This document shows, piece by piece, positions 1-11,200 of a stretch of 64,000 nucleotides of DNA (the first letter of the stretch is position 1; the number at the start of each line of letters is the position of its first letter). The notes beneath the pieces were generated by a model. It saw nothing but the letters and a program-made list of their open reading frames with translations. It ran no database searches and was not told where the DNA came from. The stretch is from Callorhinchus milii (Eukaryota). The stretch is taken from contig NW_024704755.1 in the NCBI RefSeq assembly GCF_018977255.1, positions 3,410,001 through 3,474,000 on the forward strand. The letters are read 5' to 3'. A program made the position numbers and the translations under genes.

Positions 1-112
1 ATACATTTTCAAGATTTATCAGGTATCAAACATTTAAATGTAACACCTTCCGTACTTGTGGACAACCTGGCATGGACTAGTAGGACCGAATGGCCTGTTT
101 CCGTGCTGCCCC
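1..112 (+). mobile_element. CR1-type LINE 3' end remnant
   Basis: ggcatggactagtaggaccgaatggcctgtttccgtgctg resembles the CR1-type 3' tail also seen near 16100 and 49200. Confidence 0.55.
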
Positions 113-594
113 ATATAAAACCGATCATTCATTTCACATTGCTGCCTGCAAATTGGCTCCCTTTACACCCGCCTATAAAATACACAGTCACTTCACTTGA
201 CAGTAAACTCTTTGAGATGTCCTCCCATTGTGAAATGACGCTAAATAATCAAGTCTAGGCTAAAGTAACTTTCTAAACCTCTCTTACTATCTGTACAATC
301 AAGAAAAACCAGAAGAGTTTTACAAGTGTGAACTTTAAAAACAATTTCCTGACAGTACATCACATTATTGCAATCTTTCTAAAGCCATTCATTCGAAAGG
401 TTGAGGTCAAGAATTGTTTTTTGCTTTTGCCTTCTCCTCATTGTGGTGATGGAGGAATATTAATGCTGGGGAATGGAAAAATTCTCATTTTACTGCAGTA
501 GGTTTTGACGTCCCCCTGTTTGGTCATCAAGTACTCCCGTTTGGGAATAGCGCAGGTTAGGTGCAGAGAAAAACTCCCTCTAATCTTGTCCATC

Positions 595-950
595 AATAAT
601 AATCCTAACATTTAATGTAGAGCATTATCATGTCTTCGAGAGGTCTCAAAGTGTTTCACAGAATATATTGTAAAGTGAATTGACTGGACATTTTATGGAT
701 GAAACACGGCAGCCAATTGCTCACTGCAATGCCCCACAAAGTGAGTGACAAAATGGTTTTTAACATTTATTTTTGAAGGGATTATTACCCCCAGGAAAGT
801 GATCCGCCAATCGACAAACAACCAGGTTCCTACTTACTGCTGGGTAAACAGAGCCCTGTGGAGTAAGCAACGTTTTGTCCTGTCTGGGAATTGAATCCGG
901 GTGCACTCTCTTGCGAGGCAAGTACTCAACCAAATACTCTTTTGGACTCC
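595..950 (-). mobile_element. Near full-length, diverged tRNA-headed SINE (long form with central domain)
   Basis: On the minus strand: a ggagtcc head with degenerate B-box (ggattcaattcc), then ttactccacag, a central segment ctctgtttacccagcagtaagtagg...gtcgattggcgg, then the common tail ending in (TTA)n. Confidence 0.8.
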
Positions 951-1784
951 ACTCCGTTAATGTACTTTATCCTCAAACTTAGAAATCTGACTGGAACTGA
1001 CCTTGGAATATTGTCTCCCATTTAGTACTAAATTAAGGGCATTTTTTTTTGTTGCAACTCCAACCCCACTGGGTACAACCTAGCATGTCGCTGCCAACTT
1101 TAATTACACTGAGCTGGTGTCATCCATGCGGTAACAAGCCTTTTTAATCTTTCATCATAATGAAACTGACTCCCAGAGGGAAGACAACAATACCTAACTC
1201 GGGAATGGCTTTGACAAGATTTGGAGATATAAGGGAAACCACGAAACAAACGGCAAATAAGATAGGATACGATACGATTATTCTGCTCAGTGAAGCACAT
1301 TGACTTCAAACAAACACTACTCGCAAGTTACAGTGCAATACTGCAGATTAAGTGCAGTCATTACGTTTTAATAAGTAAGGAAATGATTACAGTTGTCCCC
1401 ATGATAGATTAGTAGTGATAGAATCACTCTTGGCTCAAGGTTACCTTAACATACAAACCCAATTGCCATTGACTGCAATGTAAAACAAGGTTAAGAACCC
1501 TATGGGATACAATTTTCACAATACATTTTAAGTACCCGGTCATTTGAGATTGTGTTTCTTTCCTCTATTCTCACTCTGATCAAATTGCAGTGCTTTGTAA
1601 AAAGACTATACACTGAATCAAGTCAGCAACATGGTAATAGCAGGGTTGGCCAGTCTAATACCACTGGCAAAGAGCACTGACCTAGTGTATTTAAAGATGG
1701 ATATAGGCAAATGCTGATAGCACAGAGCTGTAGGTAGGAGCCAAGTGGGTAGGGCTGGAGGGCGGTGAAAGATGACCGAAAGCG

Positions 1785-1935
1785 CATTGTAATAGATATA
1801 TGCACACACACACAACAAAACACATGGGATGGAAGGCTGGTTCTAATGTGGCAAGCCAAGCTTGGCTTGGTATCTAGCCAGCAGTGTGAAGGGCTTTGAG
1901 ACGTCCTCCTAACGTGAAAGCTGCTGTAAATAGGC
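1785..1935 (+). repeat. ~150-bp segment duplicated at 3102-3259, ending in an L2/SINE-type tail
   Basis: Aligned by eye: cattgtaatagatat...ggaaggctggttctaatgtggcaa.ccaagcttggct...gtgtgaag.gctttgagacgtcctcctaacgtgaaag.tgctgtaaataggc occurs at both places. Confidence 0.85.
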
Positions 1936-3101
1936 AGTGAAAATGATATGTATCGAGTGAGGCATACATATGGTCACATGATATGATCTGGTCAATTTCT
2001 GATGGGATTTTGACGTATCAAAAGCAGAAGACTCCCTCTTCCCCCAACCCCCATCCTATGCAGAGAAATAACACTTCTGGATGAATATTCACACCTTGAA
2101 GAGTGAACTCTTGCGAGGCACAGCGAGGGTTAAAAGAGCCTTTCAGAGTAGGGAAAGTCAGCTTCTTAAACATGATTGTTGTGGTGCTGATTGTGAAAGG
2201 TTATAAAAAGCCAGCGTACAAAATCACAGGGTCTTGTAAATATAAATCACACAAAAAAGTTTCCGGATGAAGGTCATTAAAATGCAATCTAGGATTCAGA
2301 GGAACGATTTGAACAATGAGAAGTCAGCATTTGCTGCATTACTGAACTCTAACTCTGAAGAGATAATGTTCCTCTCTCTCTCTGCGTAAACAATCACAAC
2401 TGGAGCCGTTATGTCAACATTTTCTCCGCAAAGATGATACTGATGCATGAGATTTACTTTGTCAGGAGCTAGCCACCTGTATTCAATGCACAAGGAGGGA
2501 AATTGAATGTCGCTTTTTCATTTGTTTTAAAAAGAAAGACTCTTTTGATATTGCGCTTGGGAATACAACACTGAGATCTAAGCAAAAAAAAGTATATTTT
2601 TTACACAGTTCTCAAACAGCACTTTTAGTTTAATTTTAATTTAATTCAGATTTTCACAGAGTATTCAAGATGCAAACATTGAAATCACAGCTCTTCTTGG
2701 ATTTTACACAATAATACACCAATTGGCTAAAAGGAACTTAGAAATCAGATAAGTTCAGATATCCAAGAGCTAATTCTACCTTAGGTTCACCAAAGGGATA
2801 ATTGGCTCAATTCACTGGAACTGGGAGCTCCAACATCAATGCCAGCATGACTTTAAAAATGTTTTTTGTTTCTTTCAGAAATTACTTAACAATCATTAAC
2901 ACTGAACAGGTGTCCCCTGCAGTAAAATGACTGTTTGGCACAGTTGGCACTTCGCCTGGGACCCAGGTGGTGGAACTTTACTTTTTAAAATCTGAATTGT
3001 TAGCAAATAACATGCACAATATGTCTAATTGCCTCTAATTGGATTACCATGGTAATTAATTGTCCCCTGCAGTAAATGGAAGCAATTCAAGTGGAATCAA
3101 T

Positions 3102-3259
3102 CATTGTAATAGATATGCACACGCACACATATCCACACCCCAAAACATAGGGGGTGGAAGGCTGGTTCTAATGTGGCAACCCAAGCTTGGCTGGTGCCGA
3201 GCCAGTAGTGTGAAGCGCTTTGAGACGTCCTCCTAACGTGAAAGTTGCTGTAAATAGGC
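3102..3259 (+). repeat. Second copy of the 1785-1935 segment
   Basis: Same sequence with scattered substitutions and an indel in the CA-rich part. Confidence 0.85.
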
Positions 3260-3261
3260 GA

Positions 3262-3490
3262 CATTTCACAGTGGGTTCACAAGATTTACAGTAAAGTGCA
3301 GCGACTGTATGTTTCGTAAACGAAAGAAGGCAGCCAATTTGTGCACAGCAGTATCCCACAAAAAGCCATGAAGCGAGTAACCAATTTTATTCGGTGGGAT
3401 TGTTGGCTGGGACACCGGGGAGAAACTCCCTTCTCTTTTCGAATAGTGTGGCGGGATCTTTAATGACAAGTCTGAACAGGCAGAAAGCGC
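3262..3490 (-). mobile_element. Deu-domain SINE fragment (followed by a plus-strand fragment at ~3500-3705)
   Basis: gacaccggggagaaactcccttctcttttcgaatagtg...gggatcttta is the reverse complement of the body seen in the 6580, 18585 and 57495 copies. Confidence 0.75.
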
Positions 3491-5787
3491 TGTTTGAAAA
3501 GAGAAGGGAATTTCTCCCAGTGTCCCCCAGGTATATTGATCATTAGTGATCGGCCTGGCTTTTGCAGGACATTCTTTGTGCAAACTGCTTCTGCGTAAGT
3601 GTACAAATACAGAGTCACTACACCTCACAGTAAATCCTGTGAGGTGCTTTTAAAACATTGCGATCGCATGATAAGGTGCTATATCAAATGCAAGGGTTAT
3701 TATTAGTATCAAACACCCTTCCTGGATAACATGACAGCACCTTATAGAATTGCTGCCAAAAGAAGTTTTAATTTCTCTGAAAGAATAGACCCATCTTTTA
3801 CGCTTCCAATTACTAGATTTCTATCTGTGACATTAACCTGGATAAATTAAAACAAAATGAGATTTTCAATGCGTTTTAATCAAATTGTCAGAACTCAAGG
3901 CATAATTTTTCTTGCAGGTTATGAAGCACAGATGTGTGTGTGTGTGTATGAATGTGTGTGAGTGAATGAGTGTGCGTGTGTGTGGGGAGTGAGGGGAAAA
4001 TGTATTCATTTGAGTTTATTAACTCTTGATCTTTCACGTCCAGTGTTTGGTTATTCCCTTCATGACTCTTTCTGCGCAAAATTGGCTGTTGCAATCACGA
4101 CACAGTCACTGCACTTTACAGCAAATCCTGTGAAGTGCTTTTAGACGTCATTGATTGAGGTGCTATATCAAATGCAAGGAAGGATTGTCAGGTTGGATGG
4201 GCTGCCCAACTCTACGCTACGAAGACAAGAACTGAAAAGATGAAGTTTGTTTAGACGTCTTTGAGACGTGATAAGGAGCTATATCAAATGGAAGGATTAT
4301 TATTAGACGTTGGCTAGACAAACTAAACATCGGTGGTAATAAACATTCTAAACTGCTGGTGTGTGTAGATACGCCACAGATGTTAGGGAGCAGGAGTGAG
4401 TCATAGTGATTCACTTGGGACTAGTTATTTGCTTTGTGTGGAAAGCTGGGAAGCTGAGGCATGGGGGAGGGAAGAGAAACGAGAGGACCTCAATGCAACA
4501 GTAGACAATGAGAATAAACCACGGGAAGCTGACAGGAGATACTGGGGAATGCAAAAGAGACGTTCGAGGATTGAATGGGAGAATTATACATAAAGTGTTC
4601 AAATGTGTAGCTTTCAGAATTGATCTTTCTGACCAAATTATAATCCCACCATTTATTGCGCAAACACTAACAGACATGTTGTTTCAGGGGACGGCAGCGG
4701 TGGTTTATTTTGATGTAAATGGAAAGCAATGAATTCAGGTTAAGAGAGCTGTGGTTGTTAATAGGAGCATTATAAGGATATGATTCTGAAAGATGATTTT
4801 TGTTGCGATCTCGTTTATCTCTATCTTGTTCCGCCGTGGATGTTAGTGGCATAGCCTGTGACCCACCGTTGGAATTGAAATGCATTTTCAATTCACCATA
4901 CAATCTCTCTGAATCTGTTTCCAGGCCTCACAGAGGTAGTTAATAGCACACCAAATCAAAGCTTTTTTTTCTCTCTCTCCTTCATATTTACTGGAAAAAT
5001 CCCGCCAGGCGTAAAAATGAACAAAAATATGATCTTTCCCAATTCCCCGATATGAAAGCTAGCATCAATCTCACAAACATTGCTAGCATCGCCTGTCTAA
5101 GGTTTCTTTTTTTTTTGAAGCAAACAAACCGTTTACTTCTGGGGATTTTTGAATTGTACATCAATGCTTACATTGCCAAAGGAGATTGAAGGGAAAGGAA
5201 GGAGAGGGAGGTAGGGAGAAGAAGGGAAACAAGCCAAGGGGACAAATAAAGAAATAGAAAAGGTTACCATCGCATGATATGAAGTTGGACAGCAATATTA
5301 CAACAGAAACAAAACGTATTTTTGCAACAAAATCATGACACCCGAGGCAAGGTAATCCAAGTATATTATGTAAAGGTCACATCAAGTGAGGCTTGATGTA
5401 CCACGGCGAACAAAGTGACATCTGCAATCCTGTTATTGGCTGGGGCGCTAGCGATCAGGGTAATAGATAGATTTTGTGCTAAAAAGGCCTGGGACATCTT
5501 TATCAGGATAAAGCTGAACGAGAAGAATCATGTCTTTTTTGTGGGAGGGAGGTGGGGAAGTAACTTTGCAACTGTCTTCAATACAGTTCTCACCAATTTC
5601 CATCCAGTCAACTGGACTTCTTCTGTGTTTGTTCTCTGTATCCCTTACTGTAAGGGGAGGGAGAGAGGAGGCGGTGGGGGTGGGGGAGGAGATTCCTACC
5701 TGAGTCCTTTTAATATTGATTTAGCTTTCATGCATTCAGTCAAATGGCTACTTGATATCCACCTCTGTTTCTCATCAACAAATCAAA

Positions 5788-5955
5788 GAATTGGTCACTC
5801 AATCCACGATTGTTTGTGGACTCTGCTGTGCACAATTGGCTGCCGTGTTTCGCCCACAAAATATACAGTCAAATCACTTTACAGTATATTCCTTGAAACG
5901 CTTTGAGACATGATAAGGCGCTATATCAAATGCAAGGATTATTATTATTATTATA
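5788..5955 (+). mobile_element. 5'-truncated SINE 3' half
   Basis: aattggtcact...aattggctgccgtgtttcgcccacaaaatatacagtc...gcgctatatcaaatgcaaggattattattatta. Confidence 0.85.
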
Positions 5956-6579
5956 AATAACAACAAGTTGCATTTATATAGCGCCCTTTACCCAGGTTAT
6001 CCCGTAGCGTTTTAAAGGGCAGGGCGCTGGGATTTAAAGAGTAATTTCCTCTACTCCCAAGTGAAGTTTACATAAGACGGTTTATTTCCCCTTCATTTTT
6101 CAGGCTGTAGTTAAAAAATATATTGAAGCTCCTCTTTTGACAGTTGCAGACATTGTTTGTGTGAAAAGTGAAGTCTACATTTTTCCCTGCGCTGACATAA
6201 CACGGCACCAGATTTCATAGATAGAGATGAAATATTGTTGCTGTTATCTTGTGCGCTGTATGCAGAGCTTACTTGGAAATGAAAAGACATCATTTTGAGT
6301 GTCCTATTGCAGCTTACACATACCTGTCTAGTCAAAGTCGTTGGCACGACAGTTCCTGAAATAATAACTTGGTATCTAACAATAGGCGCTTGTGAAAACC
6401 TTTAACTGGAAGCTCTTATTTGATTGTTTTTTTATACTTTTCCCTGCGTAATGGCCTTATCTATTTCCATGTACTGTATCGTATTATTCTTTACTGAGCA
6501 GAGAGAGGAGAGCTGTTCTTGCTCTCAGACCTCTGTGAAAGCTCATCTGTCGCATCAATAATATTGATAATCTGATGTA

Positions 6580-6950
6580 GCGCCTCTGAGCGAGAAGGTT
6601 GGAGGTTCAAGCACTACTTTGGGGCTTTTGAGTTCATAGTCTAGGCTGATGCTCCAATTCAGGGCTGGGGTGGGGAGTGTGGGGGGTAGCACTGCCTTGA
6701 CGAAGGTGCTGTCCTTCAGATGAGGCATTAAACCAAGCTCGCATCTGTCCATCCGGGTGGATATTAAAGATCCTGTGGCATTATTAGAAAAGAGAAGGAA
6801 GTTTGTCTCTCCCGGTGCCCGACAATCCCCCAGCTAAAATTGCCTTCACCTACAAATTCACAGTCACTACACTTTACAGTGAATCTTGTGAAGTAGCTTG
6901 GCGACGTCCTCCCAAACGAAGATGCCATATCAAATGCCAGGATTATTTAT
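6580..6950 (+). mobile_element. tRNA-headed Deu-domain SINE (SacSINE1/AmnSINE1-related)
   Basis: Head gcctctgagcgagaaggttggaggttcaagc; Deu-like core ggtgctgtccttcagatgaggcattaaacc...ttaaagatcctgtggca; shared tail. Family assignment is from memory of the Deu-domain consensus. Confidence 0.75.
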
Positions 6951-7806
6951 GCATTATATTCTGTCCTCGCTCATCTTTTCCCTTCCTAGAGGCACCACTT
7001 TGTGTGTGGCAAACATCCAGGGGATCCGTTTTGAGTGACTGGAAACCTCTTAAGGTGTGGGACGCAGGCCACAAAAATATTTAGTGATTCAGAGAGCTAA
7101 GGTGAGCAGCCTAAAAACCTGACGTCCTTAAAAAATGTCAAAGGACACTTTGAATTCAAATCTTCCCCTCACATTTTATACGTATATCTTCACTTCAATT
7201 GGGTTCTAAACAGCTGTTGGTGCATCAAATGAAAGCCAATGCCAGAGTCAACTACTTATTTACAGCACTGTTCAAAAGTTGCTTTTACAAGAAGACAATA
7301 AATATTTCAAGGGATATTCGCTCAGAAAATACACAGTCAATCCACTTTACAATATATTCTGCGAAGCGCTTTGGGACGTCTCAACGACGTGATAAGGCGC
7401 TGTACCAAATGCAATAATTGTTATTTTTATGATGATGTTTTGGAAGGCCAGTCTTCATTTACATTCCCCGATTTATGGCTATTTCACTTCAAATTGATGC
7501 ATTTTAATGTTTATATTTTGGTTTACAGAAAAAAAATGGAATAAAGTATTTGCAATTTTTTTGTGGGGCGAGGGGTCGTGTGGTTGCGGGGGAGGGGGAG
7601 TGGGGGTGAGCAGTTGTGTTTTTTTTGTGGAAGGGGGGCAGGGGGGAGTGGGGGTGATTCACGCAACAACACAGCAGTTTATCTCATGGTTCATACCCAC
7701 AACCAACCAAGTAAATTGTGACAAATCGAATTGTATCGACCACCGAGGCAACGTGCGAGTATTTGATGGCTAGGATTATTGTTTTTTTTTTGTGGTACGT
7801 ACTTAC

Positions 7807-7949
7807 CGCTGTCACTTGCGTGGAACAAGGCGGTGTATTGACTGTTGAGGACGTGGGTAGATTCACGATCCAGGATGCCTCTGGTTGTGACCGTACCGTT
7901 TTCGGAGTTGATGACCAGCCAGCCGGCCGGGTCCTGGAACAGTGAGAAC
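7807..7949 (-). CDS. cdh13: Cadherin-13 internal coding exon (equivalent to exon 11), EC4; correct frame absent from the ORF track
   Basis: 143 nt, ctgtttgcAG / GTAAGT. Manual translation gives (K)[47 protein letters not shown](G), versus recalled human [48 protein letters not shown]. Phase 2 to 1. Confidence 0.96.
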
Positions 7950-7974
7950 CTGCAAACAGGGAAGGAGCCAACGT

Positions 7975-8200
7975 CAACAACAACAACAAATTACACTTGT
8001 ATAATGCCCTTCGGGTCAGAAAGACGTCCCAGGGCACTGGATGGTCAGGGGTTTTTTGGACCCGAGCTGGGAGTTGGGGTCAGGAGGGGCGGAGGGCAGC
8101 GGGGGCTCAGGGTGGGAGGGTGGCCGAATGCACAGTCAAACAGGAAGGTCTTTAGACGGGACTTGAATGTAGGGGCGTTTGGGATAAGTAGGACTGGATG
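7975..8200 (-). mobile_element. L2 LINE 3' end (ORF2 C-terminus plus (TTG)n tail)
   Basis: Translates TFKSRLKTFLFDCAFG, matching the end of the 45782-46845 L2. The tail reads gggacgtctttctgacccgaagggcattatacaagtgtaatttgttgttgttg. Confidence 0.85.
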
Positions 8201-11200
8201 ACAGGGAAGGGAGGGGTAGAAGAGACACGATACACAGATTCCTGGAGAAGTGGAACCCAGCCCCATTCAAAAGCAAAGCCTCGAGTTGCAATGGCCCCGA
8301 CAACCTTTGCGACATTTAAAGTCTGTGAGTATTCTCTCTTACTTACTCTTCACCCACAAAATACACACTGTCACACCGATTCTGCCGTGTATCCTGTGAA
8401 GGGCTTCGAGATGTCTCAACAACACGACAAGGCACTGCATCAAATGCAAGGATTATTATTGCTCTTGATACTATTCATGGATCGGATCATTATCCAAACA
8501 TGGTAAGAAACAACGTCTGATCTTTACAGCTGTTTAGCATCCGCCGCCCAAGAGAAATTATAATTGAACTTACAACTCCCAACACAAGCGAGTGGGAAAG
8601 TGAAACCAGCTTGCATTGCTTGTTAAGGTTAAGACCCACGGTTCCTGCGGACTGACAGGTATGGGAGTCCCAAACTGCTGAGCAATGAGCAATGATTTAT
8701 CTAACTGAGCAACGTGTTTTTCTGACGTATGCTGGAAATACTACAAAAGCACGGTACAGCAATTTATGACCTTGATCTTTCCATTGCGGTAATTCGTTTA
8801 CATTTCGAGCTCTCCCCTTACTCGGAACCGCACGCAAAGTCAGAAATGTCTGTGGAGTGTTGTAACTACCAGTGTTAATTATGGTGAAAGTGGAAAAATG
8901 CAAGCCGTAATTATTCATTGTGTTTATTCAGTTATGGAAATTTTTCTTTAACCCTATTCCCTTGACTGTTAATTTAATTGTCAGAAGCATCTAATATCCA
9001 GTTGACATTTAGGAATAAAGCTGCATCTAATTTATGACATTCAAGAATAGTACAATGGCAAGCTGCATTGGGCTCCTATCGTTTCAAGTTAAATAGACTT
9101 GAATCAGGAGTTGTAAATAAAACTGTGCTGGGTTGGCACTAAAGCTGGAGGGGAGCACTGCGAGGCAATAAGGCATGACCTAAACCAATTAGACTTACAA
9201 TATCATCATGACCAGAACAGGCAGCAGAAAGCCAGCCTTGCTCAGAAGCAAAGGCAGAACCTCCGCTTGTATTCACTCAACGATACGGCTTATGGTGAAA
9301 CAGCTGAGAGTTTTACATGTGCAGGATTAAGCTCTGCCATCACCAGGTTTACAATCCCAACAATCTTTACATGTGATTCAGTGCCTTTGGGTGGACAACT
9401 CAAAGCGCTTCACAGGAAGCACTTCGATTGTGAAAGGGAGTGACTGTGTGTTTTATGGGCGAAAGGGTTTAGAGGGTTATCCTTGATTACAAGATCTTTA
9501 TTGTTCTTCCCTAAAAACAGAACTAATTTTGCTCCTATAGTAACTGACGACGAAAGTATTCAGGCATCGAACGGTTGTTACTACTGCAGCCTTGTAGTAT
9601 TAGTTGCTATGGTATTTGATCTCACAATACACACACATGAACACAGGCACTTTAAAATGAACAATGGGATTATGGAGTGCCCTTTAATCTCAAATGTCAG
9701 TAACATTAATAACACTCTTCCCAAAAATCGCATTAGTANTTTTTTTCCTATGTAATAGTTATTTTTCTGCCTCTTTAAGTCCCTCCGGCATTGAGATCCA
9801 TTTCGGGGGAGGAGAGTGGAGAGTTTGCATTAAGCGTTAAATTTGAACACCCCTCCCTGTACACCATGCCAAATCTGCTCTATAACAGACTCTGTTCATC
9901 CAATTTCTCTCACGTTTAACTTTGATATATTCTCTGGTCAGCCCACAAAAGAGCATCTTAAAACCAAGCTCAGTTGAGCACCCCATTGACCCACTGAGAA
10001 TTTCACATTTTGTACACTTGAAACCTTGTGTATAATTGTTAATTTACTGCAGCTTGGTGTCAAATTACATATATGGGTTCTCAACACGAAAAAAAAGCAT
10101 TCCATTAAGAGCCTTTGGCATCGGCAGTGAAGTTTCTAGCTCCAGTTCCAGCAGGTGAAAGGGTCTTTAATGACTCACAAGTGCTACATATCATGCTGCA
10201 TTTGAAGGGACTTTCACCCCAGTGTCCTGGTCAACAATCACAACAGGTACAATCGATCAATTACTTCACGGCTGTTTGATGGGCATCACTGAGTGCAAAT
10301 TGGCAGCTGCATTTGCCTGTGTAGTCACCACACTTTGTAGGAAACCCTGTGAAGCACTTTCAGATGCTCTCCCAGTGTGAAAAGCGCTATATCAAATGCA
10401 TGCATTATTATTGTTTTATATCTCTGGATTGCAAAATGGATCCTTTTGATTCTATCAAATGGAAATCTGAAATCCCACAGACTTTAGTCCTTATCCTAAT
10501 CTTAGTCTGTTAAAACCATTTTGTTTCAGAAGTTAATACAGCGTACGTGGGGACAGGCTCCCTTCAAAACAACACTCATCTGTCTTGGAAGAGTTGAAGG
10601 CACATTGATGGTTCAGTAACAAACCATCATTATATTTTGTTCCATGCTAACAAATTTCAGCAATCTCTGGCTCCAGTGGTTTGGGTTTTGCAGTGAAAGT
10701 ATTCGTTGAACATTATATTGAATCATTCAATTACGATGGGTCAGAAAAAAAACATACTCAAGATGACGCAGAGCTGCTGACAATATGACAAGCAAAATAA
10801 TTCTGATAGCAAAAGATGTGAATAAATATGTCAATGAGAAAATCCTGCCATTCCACTGGCCATTAAGACGTGTGAATGAAAGGATTTTTCTCCTCCCTCT
10901 CTTCGCTCAACTTGCATCAAATAGGCAAAAGAGAGAGCACAAGTTTGAGGAGAGTGTGCAATGTAGGTCTCCAAAAATACATGCAATATCTCAACAATGA
11001 CCCAGTTATGGCAACGTACACATTGTGCACCTGTATTTATAGATTTAAGATTCCTAAGCTGAAGTGGCAAATATGTGATGTGTGAGAGAATGAACGAGAA
11101 TGGAGACAAATTATATATAAAACTCACCAAACACTTGTATTAACACCATGTTGGTGTTAAAAGTTATGATATATTTTTTGATGAAATCTAAAACTATGTG

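Noticed and set aside
2296-4903. Next cdh13 exon (expected NPPATGTGTL...DVNDNAP) in ORFs 2296-2493 or 4667-4903
   Set aside because: Only incidental DITAP/NAP words and no cadherin motifs. The exon probably lies left of the window.
5415-5906. 163-aa ORF and the many other 60-150-aa ORFs
   Set aside because: No recognisable domains. They run through low-complexity or SINE sequence (recurring [13 protein letters not shown] and YIKCKDYY peptides are translated SINE tails).
7684-8037. 117-aa minus-strand ORF (and plus-strand ORF 7718-7945) as independent genes
   Set aside because: These are alternative frames over cdh13 exon 11 and the adjacent L2 tail. The true frame is set by the splice sites.
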